Of a stretch of 41,460 nt of DNA, positions 8,981 through 17,822 are shown piece by piece. Position numbers and translations under genes: made by a program. The stretch is from a virus. Its lineage: Duplodnaviria; Heunggongvirae; Uroviricota; Caudoviricetes. Numbering within the stretch: position 1 is the first letter of the stretch; each line of letters opens with the position of its first letter. The stretch is taken from the IMG/VR virus record IMGVR_UViG_2579778753_000003; one strand, given 5' to 3'. The notes below the pieces were generated by a model, which made no database searches, was not told the origin of the DNA, and saw only the letters and a list, made by a program, of their open reading frames with translations.

Positions 8981-9295
8981 ATGACGACACCAACCAGACG
9001 GATAAGTTTCTATCTGAAGCCCGCCGCCGTCAAGAGTGAACAGGAGGCGTGCAATTACCTCGATAGCCTGCCAGCCTCCGAACGCAGCCGCGCGCAACGC
9101 GCGGCCTTTCTGGCTGGGCTAGCGCTCATAAAGCGCAACCCAGCATTTGCCTACTGGATGGCCGAATGGCCAGAGGACAACCTCCCCTTCAATACCGTTA
9201 GCATCAAGGAAACATACCAGGATAATCAGCCTAGCGGAGTTGAATGCAATTTTTATAAAATAAAAAAGAATATTCAGACCTTATTCCCAGAATAA
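8981..9295 (+). CDS. parR: ParR/StbB-like partition adaptor
   Basis: 104-aa ORF 5 nt after parM with an AGGAG Shine-Dalgarno; RISFYLKPAAV...LDSLPASERSRAQRAAFLAGLAL resembles StbB. The track ORF from 8846 overlaps parM. Confidence 0.65.
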   Translation: MTTPTRRISFYLKPAAVKSEQEACNYLDSLPASERSRAQRAAFLAGLALIKRNPAFAYWMAEWPEDNLPFNTVSIKETYQDNQPSGVECNFYKIKKNIQTLFPE

Positions 9296-9343
9296 TCTGA
9301 TAATTGTATGTGAACTAATAAAATACAGACCAACACATCATTC

Positions 9344-9368
9344 TGGCACCCTTGCTAACAGGGTGCCA
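9344..9368. terminator. 9-bp stem hairpin between convergent genes (possible bidirectional terminator)
   Basis: tggcaccct-tgctaac-agggtgcca; lacks a clean U-tract on either strand. Confidence 0.3.
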
Positions 9369-9378
9369 ATGTTTCAAA

Positions 9379-10221
9379 TCATGATGAAATTGCCGAAGTT
9401 TTTTTATCGTGCTGAAGTACCGCAAATGCCATTAAAACCTCAAGAGAATAGCGGCGATAATACTTAACAAAACCATAATAAAATACTCGGGATGCAGCAA
9501 TACAAAACAAGAGAAGAAAACAAAAAGGTAACAGTCTGATATTTATATCTATTAAAAAGGATAGAAGGAGCAGGAACATAAGCAACCAGACTGAAGCGAG
9601 AAAAACAAATGTAATGTTTCTACAAAAACCATACAAAGCAACATAGTTTTGCATTTTCACCTGATGATTTTTAGAATGTTCATACACATAATGATAAGCA
9701 AGGCGAAAAAGATCGCCCCTCAAGCCCTTACGTCGATATAGCGTAGATACAGAAAAAACATTTATATAACCATCTCGTATTTGCGGCCAAAAGACTTTAA
9801 TAAGTATAGAATGCAGTGTGGTTTTATGATGTTCTGCTTTATCAAAAGCTGATACAGGAAATAAAAAAACTCCACGAATAAAATTAACTATACTGAACTT
9901 AGTATTATGTCGTTTTATTTTCAGGGAGCTTCTTTTAGAAAACAGATAAATTGAAGGATACCCAAGTTTACTGTTCATGTATTTTTCAATTAAACAGGAT
10001 GATAGAATAGATATGAAGTGACCTGAAATATATGATAGAACGATTAATACCACATATATAAATACACTTATTATTTCTTTATATTTCAGGATATGGTTAA
10101 GAATACCTTCTATATAAACAGGGTTAATTTCAATAGAAAACAAAAAAAGGATAAACAGGAATAACCCACCTGGAATTAGATAGCCCAAAAAGTCATAAAA
10201 TGAAAACGGATTCTGTGTCAC
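9379..10221 (-). CDS. Multi-pass membrane protein, unknown family (cargo gene 2)
   Basis: 280-aa ORF, AT-rich and codon-atypical for the prophage; hydrophobic helices at both termini (LIPGGLFLFILFLF..., FVFLASVWLLMFLLLLSFL...); no recognisable motif. Confidence 0.7.
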   Translation of the reverse strand: MTQNPFSFYDFLGYLIPGGLFLFILFLFSIEINPVYIEGILNHILKYKEIISVFIYVVLIVLSYISGHFISILSSCLIEKYMNSKLGYPSIYLFSKRSSLKIKRHNTKFSIVNFIRGVFLFPVSAFDKAEHHKTTLHSILIKVFWPQIRDGYINVFSVSTLYRRKGLRGDLFRLAYHYVYEHSKNHQVKMQNYVALYGFCRNITFVFLASVWLLMFLLLLSFLIDINIRLLPFCFLLLFCIAASRVFYYGFVKYYRRYSLEVLMAFAVLQHDKKTSAISS

Positions 10222-10260
10222 ACTTCCCCCTGTGTTACTTGTAAATTAAAGGGTAAAACA

Positions 10261-10758
10261 TTATTTGTTTTTCCGTAAAGGATTAGCTTTCCATCTTCTT
10301 ACTAACCATTCGAATTCTTGATATGTAGTATCCGAATTAATGCTTTCTCTGATTGCTTTAATTAATGGCTCGGCAATATCATATGTCTCTACAACTGTTG
10401 TGTAAGATGTTCTTTTTATCATTTTTTCATCATAAATACCTTCACGAATACTTACAGCAACTCGCTCGTAAAAATTTAAAATATATTGAAATTTTCGACG
10501 CTCGGCCATTTCTTCATCTGTTATTATGCAACCATCACAAGGAAAAACATAAGAACGAAATGATTTGCCTGAACGATGCACTTGTTTCAGGGTATGCAAT
10601 GACTCTATATATTGCATATCTTGCCGACTCTCAAAAAGAAAGTTGGCCGTTTGAGTTTTTTTTGCGGTACGCACATTGTAGATAATGGTTCCAATGGCAA
10701 CCAAAACGCCAAGCAGAACAATAGCATTGCTGATGATTTGTAGTGTTATTGGGTTCAT
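10261..10758 (-). CDS. N-terminally membrane-anchored protein, unknown family (cargo gene 1)
   Basis: 165-aa ORF; N-terminal helix LQIISNAIVLLGVLVAIGTIIY followed by a soluble domain; AT-rich; 39 bp upstream of cargo gene 2 on the same strand. Confidence 0.7.
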   Translation of the reverse strand: MNPITLQIISNAIVLLGVLVAIGTIIYNVRTAKKTQTANFLFESRQDMQYIESLHTLKQVHRSGKSFRSYVFPCDGCIITDEEMAERRKFQYILNFYERVAVSIREGIYDEKMIKRTSYTTVVETYDIAEPLIKAIRESINSDTTYQEFEWLVRRWKANPLRKNK

Positions 10759-10777
10759 CCTATTTCATCCATAAAAA

Positions 10778-10800
10778 AGGCGGGGAGCAAATCCCCGCCT
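10778..10800 (-). terminator. Intrinsic-terminator-like hairpin in the 5' leader of the cargo operon (candidate attenuator)
   Basis: aggcgggga-gcaaa-tccccgcct (9-bp GC-rich stem); on the minus strand it is followed by U6; it ends 20 nt before the ATG at 10758. Confidence 0.5.
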
Positions 10801-10819
10801 CATTAGAGGTCAACGTAGC

Positions 10820-10855
10820 TTAGAAACCATCAAATTCATCATACATTTTTTTCAT
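10820..10855 (-). CDS. Candidate 11-codon leader peptide
   Basis: ATGAAAAAAATGTATGATGAATTTGATGGTTTCTAA (MKKMYDEFDGF) with GAGGGGG 5 nt upstream; its stop lies about 19 nt before the terminator hairpin. Confidence 0.25.
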   Translation of the reverse strand: MKKMYDEFDGF

Positions 10856-10955
10856 ATCAACCCCCTCATAGAAATCATAACCACGTTTTGTGGTTTTTGT
10901 GACGTATAAACTACATCAAAGGCAAGCCACGGTCAAATATATAGGCATGCTTACC

Positions 10956-11101
10956 TGCACAAAAGTGCACAAATTTGCACAATTTTTTTGAACGACTTTT
11001 TACCCTTCCGGCCCGCATGGCGGCTGGATCCGTCAAGGATCCGTGCGTGCACAAAAAAACGCGCTTTTTCTGCGCGCAGGTGACGGGGGAACAGCCCGCG
11101 T
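10956..11101. repeat. Iterated TGCACAA motifs and GC-rich block; candidate cos/packaging region
   Basis: tgcac at 10956, 10966 and 10976 (exact 10-bp period) and again at 11047; ggatccgt repeated at 11026 and 11037; tgcgcgcaggtgacgg at 11071 resembles recalled P2 left-end sequence. The exact cohesive end was not located. Confidence 0.3.
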
Positions 11102-11480
11102 TTCAGGGGGTAAATAGCATTCCCTGAACGATGTCGCAGAGACACAACAGAATGGCCATATTTCTCACGCTGAGCATGAAAAAGGCGTGAGGGCTTTTGA
11201 TTTGATGGGGTGAAAGGTAAGGCCGTCAAAATCGCACTGAGGCAGCGAGAACATACAGTCAACGCGGTGGGATTGCGTAAGAGTCTGACCGTCGATGGTG
11301 GCGATAAACTGGAAGGCGTCGTGAAATTATCTGATTGATACAGGAGCTGGAGAGCCGGGGCATAAATTTTTTATGCCCGGCGAAGCAGCAGACAAGCGAA
11401 GCGCGTCAGTGATGCGGCACCTTGCCGACCACACTTCATAAGTGCAAAATACGAGCAAAGAAATCAATGGAGGCTGTTTT

Positions 11481-12005
11481 ATGGTCATTAATTACAAGCA
11501 GTTACGAGAAAAACGAGAGCAGGTAAAGGAAAGTTTTCGCCGCAATGAAGATCTGACCCCGCTTGTACACCTTGCTCAGGGAATTGTAGATGCTTATGAA
11601 ATCTCTCTGGAGCTGCCATCACAGACATGGACTGATAGCGACGGTAATCGCCAGCATTACGTTTCATGCGGACTGGAAACAACTGAAGGGTTTCGCAGAA
11701 TGCCTTTATCTCAGATTCCTGCCGCTACCCCCAAAGCAAGGGGCGGCAATGATGAGCGAAAACTGATTTTCAGCATTGAGACAGTGGTTGACGACACACC
11801 TGGCGAAGTCGCCTTCGTGCATACTCCTCTTTCGATCGCAATGTATAACGATGAAATACAGGTTCGCGTTAATAATAATATCGTGCCACTTAAAGAAGGT
11901 AATTCACCATACACCACCGTTTGTGAAGCCATTCAATATTACGTTCTCTCTGAAATTGATAATCTCAAGCCTGACGGCACCCAGAAAATGGTTCAACTCT
12001 GGTAA
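11481..12005 (+). CDS. Hypothetical cargo protein
   Basis: ATG at 11481 with GGAGG 7 nt upstream (the track ORF starts at 11442 without a Shine-Dalgarno); 174 aa, no recognisable motif; convergent with the portal gene. Confidence 0.55.
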   Translation: MVINYKQLREKREQVKESFRRNEDLTPLVHLAQGIVDAYEISLELPSQTWTDSDGNRQHYVSCGLETTEGFRRMPLSQIPAATPKARGGNDERKLIFSIETVVDDTPGEVAFVHTPLSIAMYNDEIQVRVNNNIVPLKEGNSPYTTVCEAIQYYVLSEIDNLKPDGTQKMVQLW

Positions 12006-12010
12006 AAAGG

Positions 12011-12036
12011 ACAGCCCCATCACGGGGCTGTTTTTT
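12011..12036. terminator. Bidirectional terminator-like hairpin at convergent gene ends
   Basis: acagcccc-atca-cggggctgt followed by T6 on the plus strand; overlaps the last portal codons. Confidence 0.45.
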
Positions 12037-13066
12037 CATCAAGAAGAGCATAAGAATTAAAACGGATCACCTCTTCGCCAAGCCAGTCATTGATGTGCTT
12101 CATGGCCTCCATGACGGGCATCAGCTCGTTAATTGCGTAAACACGCGCGGCCTTCTCCACATCACCAAACGCACTTTTTTCACCCGGCATCGCCCCCATC
12201 AGTTGCGGCGGAACGCGGTGCGCAGCCAGCACATCATCACGGGATGCCGCCTTAACATTCATGAACTCATCCTTTGCTGTGATCTGCTGGAACGGCAAAA
12301 TTTGCACCCCCTCTTTGCCCCCGTTGGGCGCATGAATGAGCACATTTTTAAACGCACCACCACCACGTGCACCCTGTAGCGTTTCTTTCAGGGAGTCCAT
12401 GCTTTCGCGGTTTACCTGCGCTGCACCGATGTAGATGATGCACCCGGCGTGGGATCCGTTGTCGTAATACAGTTTTCTGAACATGTCCGCCGAATGAGAC
12501 AGGCTGGCCGAGAGTAATGCGCCGAGATATTCCGGCATGCCGTAAATTTCCTGGTTAATGTCAGGATTCATCAGGTGGCACACTTTGCCAGGGCGAAACT
12601 GAAACGCGTCCTTGCCATCCTGCACATACCACCATGATTCAAGATCGCTTCCGCGTCGCATGTATTTCGCCAGGGCGTGCCGTAATTTAAGCGGTTCGCC
12701 GAGCATATTGCTTCGAAGCTCAAGAAATGCGTTACCGAACACAAACCAGTCCAGCGCCAGCGCCGAGAAATCCTGCCGGGAAAGCAGCGGGTGCGGGATG
12801 TAGCAACCGAGTAATACATTGCGCTTAAAGTAAAGCGCAGACTGATGCCAGGACGTTTGCCGGGCAGCTCTTGCCAGACCGTACCAGTCCACCGGGGTTT
12901 CATACCACCGACCGTTATCAGCACAGTACATATTGTCCAGCAGGTCATGCCCGGTCAGGCGGTAAGGACCATCAAATGTGAATGCACTGAGCGACGATTC
13001 TTTCCTGAGCGCATCAGCGAGATCAATGCGTGAACTCATGCGCAATTTTTTATTTTTTCTGCTCAT
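12020..13066 (-). CDS. Q: Portal protein (P2 gpQ-like)
   Basis: 348 aa; ...SWHQSALYFKRN...NPDINQEIYGMPEYL...HRVPPQLMG...GDVEKAARV... resembles recalled gpQ; start overlaps the terminase stop (ATGA). Confidence 0.9.
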   Translation of the reverse strand: MSRKNKKLRMSSRIDLADALRKESSLSAFTFDGPYRLTGHDLLDNMYCADNGRWYETPVDWYGLARAARQTSWHQSALYFKRNVLLGCYIPHPLLSRQDFSALALDWFVFGNAFLELRSNMLGEPLKLRHALAKYMRRGSDLESWWYVQDGKDAFQFRPGKVCHLMNPDINQEIYGMPEYLGALLSASLSHSADMFRKLYYDNGSHAGCIIYIGAAQVNRESMDSLKETLQGARGGGAFKNVLIHAPNGGKEGVQILPFQQITAKDEFMNVKAASRDDVLAAHRVPPQLMGAMPGEKSAFGDVEKAARVYAINELMPVMEAMKHINDWLGEEVIRFNSYALLDEKTAP

Positions 13067-14817
13067 CAGAACTCCATAACCGTGAAACGCTCGTTTTCTC
13101 CTTCGCCGCCAATCGGTTCGTTAATGACAGCAAGCATGGTTGCCCACGCAAGGTCGCCGTGGCTGATCCCCCTCGCACGGTCCGTTTCGTAAGTGATAAA
13201 GCCGCCCGGTGTTTTCACCTTACGCACGGCGTTAAAGGCCGCGACCAGCTCGCGTTCGGCGCGATCGTATTCCCACCGCCCGGCACGCATTATTTGCAGC
13301 ATTTTCAGTACCAGCGACCGTTTTGATGACAGCGTGAAGGTGTACGGAATAGCAGCAGGGAAAAACCGTTTCACTATCTGATAAACAGCCTCCCCGTTCC
13401 CGCCCGTCACATCAATGCCGATGTGTTCCACGTTGTAGCGATACGTGAACTCTTCAATGACTCTGGCCTGTTCTTCAAACTCCAGCCCCTGAACGCGTCG
13501 CGTCTCCACCGTTCGAAAACGGCCACCAGGAACAGCCGGAGGAACCACCACGGACACAGCGCCGCTGTCGCCGTTGCCACTGCTGCCGTTTGCGTCATAT
13601 CCAATCCATACCGGACGATTCCCCATCGGGCGGGGAGCAAAAGGTTTCCAGTCTTTCCAGTCGTCGTATCCATCAACACCGCAGCCAATCAGGATATTCA
13701 GGTTAAATGCCGATTCCCCTTCGCGGACAAACTCACACATATAGAGATTGAGGAACTCGTCTTCGGTGTTTTCATCACGAATTTCGTCGATATCGGTGTG
13801 TTTCCAGCCGTGATTAACCACATCTTCCAGCGTAACAATTTGCCGCCACGTCCGGTCAGGGCAGATAAGCCCGTTATGCAGCGTTTTCCAGTCCACAGAA
13901 AAACGCTGGCGTTTATGCGCGGCCTTTTTCTCGTTCCAGCGGTCGCCGTTCCAGTAGACGTATGCCTCGTGCGTTTCGGTTGATGGCGTGGAGAAGTAGG
14001 TGCGTCGCAGCCCGCTGAGGGTTGCCATAGCGCCAGCCACCTTGCGCAGTTCAGCAAAGCGACTGACCCAGAAAAATTCATCAAAATAAAAATTGCCTGT
14101 GTAGGACTGTGCCGTCGCAGCAGAAGTACCGAGAAAATGCAGTTCTGCGCCGTTGGAGAGGATGATTTTATCGCCCCCTTTCAGCTCCACATCAACTTCA
14201 GATGCAGCCTTCTGAATAATGCTTTTAAACTGGAACGCCTGACGACGCGACGCAGACAAAAAAATCTGGTTACGCTGGTAAGGTTGCGCCACATCGTCAC
14301 GCAGCGCCATCAGCAGTGCTTCCTGTGCAAAATACCAGGTCGCCCCAATCTGTCGGGATTTCAGGATCATCCTGTTACGTATCCCGGCTTCACTGCAAAG
14401 GGTCAGGGAGTCAAACCAGCCCCGCTGATGCCACTCCAGCCTGCTGATGATTTTTTCCCGCAGTGCGGCAATCTGCTCCGGCGTGAAATGATTTTTAAGT
14501 TTTTTCGCCCGGCCTTTCTTTCCTGTGGCCGTCGCATCCGGCTGGCCATCATGCAGTTTTTTAAGCTGCCGGGTCAGCAGGTCTATTTCCTTAAAGTCAC
14601 CACCTGTTTTATTCTGTTTTTCAGTAAGCTGGATGAGGCGCGCATCGATGGACTGCGTGACACGCTGCACGGGTGGCGTTTCATCCCACTGGTCGCGTTT
14701 TTTCCACGCATAAATCGTGTTCGGGTTTATTCCCATCAGACGTGATATTTCTGCGGGCGGATAACCCTGCCAGTAAAGTTGCCGCGCACGCTGGCGCACA
14801 AAAGCGTCCTGAATCAT
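13066..14817 (-). CDS. P: Terminase large (ATPase) subunit (P2 gpP-like)
   Basis: 583 aa immediately upstream of the portal on the same strand; the long soluble ORF matches the gpP position and size. Confidence 0.9.
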   Translation of the reverse strand: MIQDAFVRQRARQLYWQGYPPAEISRLMGINPNTIYAWKKRDQWDETPPVQRVTQSIDARLIQLTEKQNKTGGDFKEIDLLTRQLKKLHDGQPDATATGKKGRAKKLKNHFTPEQIAALREKIISRLEWHQRGWFDSLTLCSEAGIRNRMILKSRQIGATWYFAQEALLMALRDDVAQPYQRNQIFLSASRRQAFQFKSIIQKAASEVDVELKGGDKIILSNGAELHFLGTSAATAQSYTGNFYFDEFFWVSRFAELRKVAGAMATLSGLRRTYFSTPSTETHEAYVYWNGDRWNEKKAAHKRQRFSVDWKTLHNGLICPDRTWRQIVTLEDVVNHGWKHTDIDEIRDENTEDEFLNLYMCEFVREGESAFNLNILIGCGVDGYDDWKDWKPFAPRPMGNRPVWIGYDANGSSGNGDSGAVSVVVPPAVPGGRFRTVETRRVQGLEFEEQARVIEEFTYRYNVEHIGIDVTGGNGEAVYQIVKRFFPAAIPYTFTLSSKRSLVLKMLQIMRAGRWEYDRAERELVAAFNAVRKVKTPGGFITYETDRARGISHGDLAWATMLAVINEPIGGEGENERFTVMEF

Positions 14818-14971
14818 TGCTCCCCCTGAGTAATTACAGGAAGATTACCCGCGCGCGAAACCGTTCTCCTTAACCCCCTGTTCTGGCCGTTTTCTTACAA
14901 CAAAAGCCCTTTGTATCAGCCTGTTACGCTTTGCCATCATGACTGAAGAACCAGTCAGAGGGGCAAAAACT

Positions 14972-15808
14972 ATGGCTAATGAAAAAAAGACATCCCGCAA
15001 AAAGTTTCGCGTGGCTGTCTCCGGATCAACTGTTGATGGCCGTGAAATCAGTCCGGTGCATCTGCGTGAAGCCGCCGAGAACTTCAACCCGGATGTTTAC
15101 GCTGCCCGCGTGAACGTTGAGCACTATCTCTCGCCATGCCCGTCAAGCGAATTTTCCGCAATGGGCGATGTCACCGCACTGAGTACGGAAGACATTACGG
15201 AAGGTCCGCTGGCCGGACGTACTGCGCTGTATGCAGAAATCGAACCGACCGAGCGCATGAAGCAGCTTGTCGCGGACGGCAAGAAAATCTATTCCAGTAT
15301 CGAACTGCACCCGCAGTTCTCCGTTAACGGGCGCGCCTATCTGGTCGGGCTGGCGATGACCGACACCCCGGCAAGCCTGGGCACTGAGCGCCTGAAATTC
15401 ACGGCACAGCAGCGTCAGGCGGTGATGACGTTCAACAGTGTCCAGGGTGAAGCACCGCTCATTTCCGAAGCCATCGAGTCTGAAATCATCGAAATGGCAG
15501 AACAACGCCAGGAAGAAGGCACCCAGTGGTTTAACCGCGTAATGGGGATTATTGGCCGTGGCCGCAAAGCGGATGACGCCAGTTTTTCCCGTATTCAGGA
15601 AGCAGTGGAAGGCGTCGCAACGTCACAGGCTGACATTATCGACCGTTTTAATGTGCTGGAAACCCGCCATCAGCAGGACCGCCAGAAAATTACGTCACTG
15701 ACCACAGAGCTGACAGCACTGAAGGAAAAACTGCGCACGCAGGACGGCGATCCGCAGAACCGGTTCACCGCAACGGGCGCAGCCTCCGACCAGCTGGCTG
15801 ACTTCTGA
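14972..15808 (+). CDS. O: Capsid scaffolding protein (P2 gpO-like)
   Basis: MANEKKTSRKKFRVAVSGSTVDGREISP...YLVGLAMTDTPASLGTE... resembles recalled gpO; divergent from the terminase gene. Confidence 0.85.
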   Translation: MANEKKTSRKKFRVAVSGSTVDGREISPVHLREAAENFNPDVYAARVNVEHYLSPCPSSEFSAMGDVTALSTEDITEGPLAGRTALYAEIEPTERMKQLVADGKKIYSSIELHPQFSVNGRAYLVGLAMTDTPASLGTERLKFTAQQRQAVMTFNSVQGEAPLISEAIESEIIEMAEQRQEEGTQWFNRVMGIIGRGRKADDASFSRIQEAVEGVATSQADIIDRFNVLETRHQQDRQKITSLTTELTALKEKLRTQDGDPQNRFTATGAASDQLADF

Positions 15809-15831
15809 TAAGACAAAGGAGCAAATTTTTT

Positions 15832-16884
15832 ATGAATCTGGTGATGTCAGATATTACCCGCAACAAGCTGGGTTGCTATATGGCGCAGCAGGCGTCGCTT
15901 AACAATATCCCGGTTTCTGCGCTGGTATCGCGATTTACCGTAGAACCCTCGGTGCAGCAGCGTTTTGAAAACGCCTCAAAGGAAAGCACCGAATTTACAA
16001 AAAGAATTAACGTGATCGGCGTGACCGACCAGAAAGGCGAAAAAATCCTCCTGGACACCACCGGGCCAATTGCACGCACGAATACCAGTTATGACGGCAC
16101 AAAACGCCGTAACCCGAATAACGTGGTTGATCTGAAAAACCGCAAATACCAGTGCGAACAGGTGAACTACGACACGTTTATTTCATATCCGCAGCTTGAT
16201 GCCTGGGCGGCACATCCTGATTTTCAGTCCCGCATCAGCGCACAGATTGCCAGACAGGTGGCGCTTGACCGCATCATGATCGGTTTCAACGGCACGTCTC
16301 ACGCGGATGAGTCCAACTTCAGCACCAACAAGCTGCTTCAGGACGTTAACGTGGGCTGGCTGGAGCACATCAGAACCGACGCCAGCGAGCGCGTTATGAA
16401 TGACGTGACGCTGACCTCCCGCAACATGGACAACACCGTGGCGCACGCGGGTAAGTATGCTAACGCTGATGCACTGGTACAGGACGCACGCTCATCCCTG
16501 CTGGATGAATGGCACAAGGAAGCTGACGACCTCGTGGTGATTATGGGGCGCAACCTGTTTAACTCGCTGCGTCTGCCTGTGCTGAACAGCATCAGCGGCC
16601 AGAATCCCAATGCGGAATTACTTGCCGGGCAGCTCATCCTGTCATCGCGCACCATTGGCGGGCTGGGCGTGTTCCTTGCGCCGTTCTTCCCGGATGCAAC
16701 GATGCTGATCACCTCGTTCAACAACCTGTCGATTTACTGGCAGAAAGGTTCAATGCGTCGCCTGATGAAAGACGAGCCGGAATACAACCGCATCGCCACC
16801 TACCAGTCCATCAATGACGCTTATGTCGTTGAAGACTATGGCAAGTGCGCGATGGTCACTGGCCTGAAGTTCGCCGACAGCTAA
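15832..16884 (+). CDS. N: Major capsid protein (P2 gpN-like)
   Basis: 350 aa; FTVEPSV...NVIGVTDQKGEKI...YQCEQVNYDTFISY...MIGFNG...YVVEDYG pattern resembles gpN. Confidence 0.9.
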   Translation: MNLVMSDITRNKLGCYMAQQASLNNIPVSALVSRFTVEPSVQQRFENASKESTEFTKRINVIGVTDQKGEKILLDTTGPIARTNTSYDGTKRRNPNNVVDLKNRKYQCEQVNYDTFISYPQLDAWAAHPDFQSRISAQIARQVALDRIMIGFNGTSHADESNFSTNKLLQDVNVGWLEHIRTDASERVMNDVTLTSRNMDNTVAHAGKYANADALVQDARSSLLDEWHKEADDLVVIMGRNLFNSLRLPVLNSISGQNPNAELLAGQLILSSRTIGGLGVFLAPFFPDATMLITSFNNLSIYWQKGSMRRLMKDEPEYNRIATYQSINDAYVVEDYGKCAMVTGLKFADS

Positions 16885-16929
16885 TCAACTCACGGCGGGC
16901 ATCATGCCCGCCAGTAACGGAGAGAACAA

Positions 16930-17730
16930 ATGATTACTCCTGCACAGCAACACTGGCAGAACGTGATGGCACAGCGCGCAGGCCGGGCGAATGAAGGCGT
17001 GGACCACGCCGCGCGTACCGCGCATGAAGAGGTGCTGTATCGTCTGCGTCTGGCACAGGCCCGGCTTAAGGGCGTACAGGCCAGAAGCGCGAAAGCCGCC
17101 ATCAAAAAAGAGTTGTTGCCGGATTTTTCCGGCTGGATTGAGGGAACGCTGGAGGCTGACGGCGGGCAGCAGGATGAAGTGATTGCCACGCTGATGGTGT
17201 GGGCGATTGACTGTGGCGATCTTCCGCTTGCGCTGCGTATCGGCGCGTATGTGGTCCGTCACAACCTCATCATGCCGGATAACTTTGGCCGTACTGCTGC
17301 CACGGTACTGACCGAAGAAATCTGCAACCCGGTACTGACGCAGGCCGGGACGGATGCCGACGCGGATTTGTCCGCCTTTATCGAACCACTGGACACCCTC
17401 CGGGAGATTGTCACCGACCAGGACATGCCGGACGAAGTGCGCGCCAAATTATGCAAAGCGTGCGCCTTTGCCCGCCGTGGCCTGAGTGATGCGGACAGCA
17501 TGGCCCTGTCACTGAAGCTGCTGCGCGAAGCAATGCACCTGAACCCGAACGCAGGTGTGAAACGCGAGATTGCAACCCTTTCCCGCGCCCTGAAAAAAGC
17601 CGATTCCGCAGCCGCACCAGAAGACGCCAGCGCACAGCAGGCGCAGGACGAAAGCAGCAAAAGTAAAAAGACAACGCGGAAGCCTGCAACACGAAAAACC
17701 ACCGCGACGCAGAAGGCGAAGCGCGGTTAA
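16930..17730 (+). CDS. M: Terminase small / endonuclease subunit (P2 gpM-like)
   Basis: 266 aa at the gpM position, with a basic C-terminal tail. Confidence 0.8.
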   Translation: MITPAQQHWQNVMAQRAGRANEGVDHAARTAHEEVLYRLRLAQARLKGVQARSAKAAIKKELLPDFSGWIEGTLEADGGQQDEVIATLMVWAIDCGDLPLALRIGAYVVRHNLIMPDNFGRTAATVLTEEICNPVLTQAGTDADADLSAFIEPLDTLREIVTDQDMPDEVRAKLCKACAFARRGLSDADSMALSLKLLREAMHLNPNAGVKREIATLSRALKKADSAAAPEDASAQQAQDESSKSKKTTRKPATRKTTATQKAKRG

Positions 17731-17822
17731 CGACTGACCCCGTCAGCGGACGGCGTGCGCGGTGTTCCGGTTTGACTCCGTGACCGTTTACACCGCGCAC
17801 CCACCGCCCGATTTTTTCAGGA

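Noticed and set aside
10951-11262. 103-aa minus-strand ORF in the candidate cos region
   Set aside because: No ribosome-binding site and a basic, low-complexity translation; it overlaps the repeat-rich region, so it is more plausibly non-coding packaging DNA.
11222-11350. Possible 41-codon GTG-initiated ORF (VKGKAVKIALRQREHTV...)
   Set aside because: It looks protein-like, but it is short, has no clear Shine-Dalgarno or ATG start and I cannot assign a family; possibly a gene remnant.
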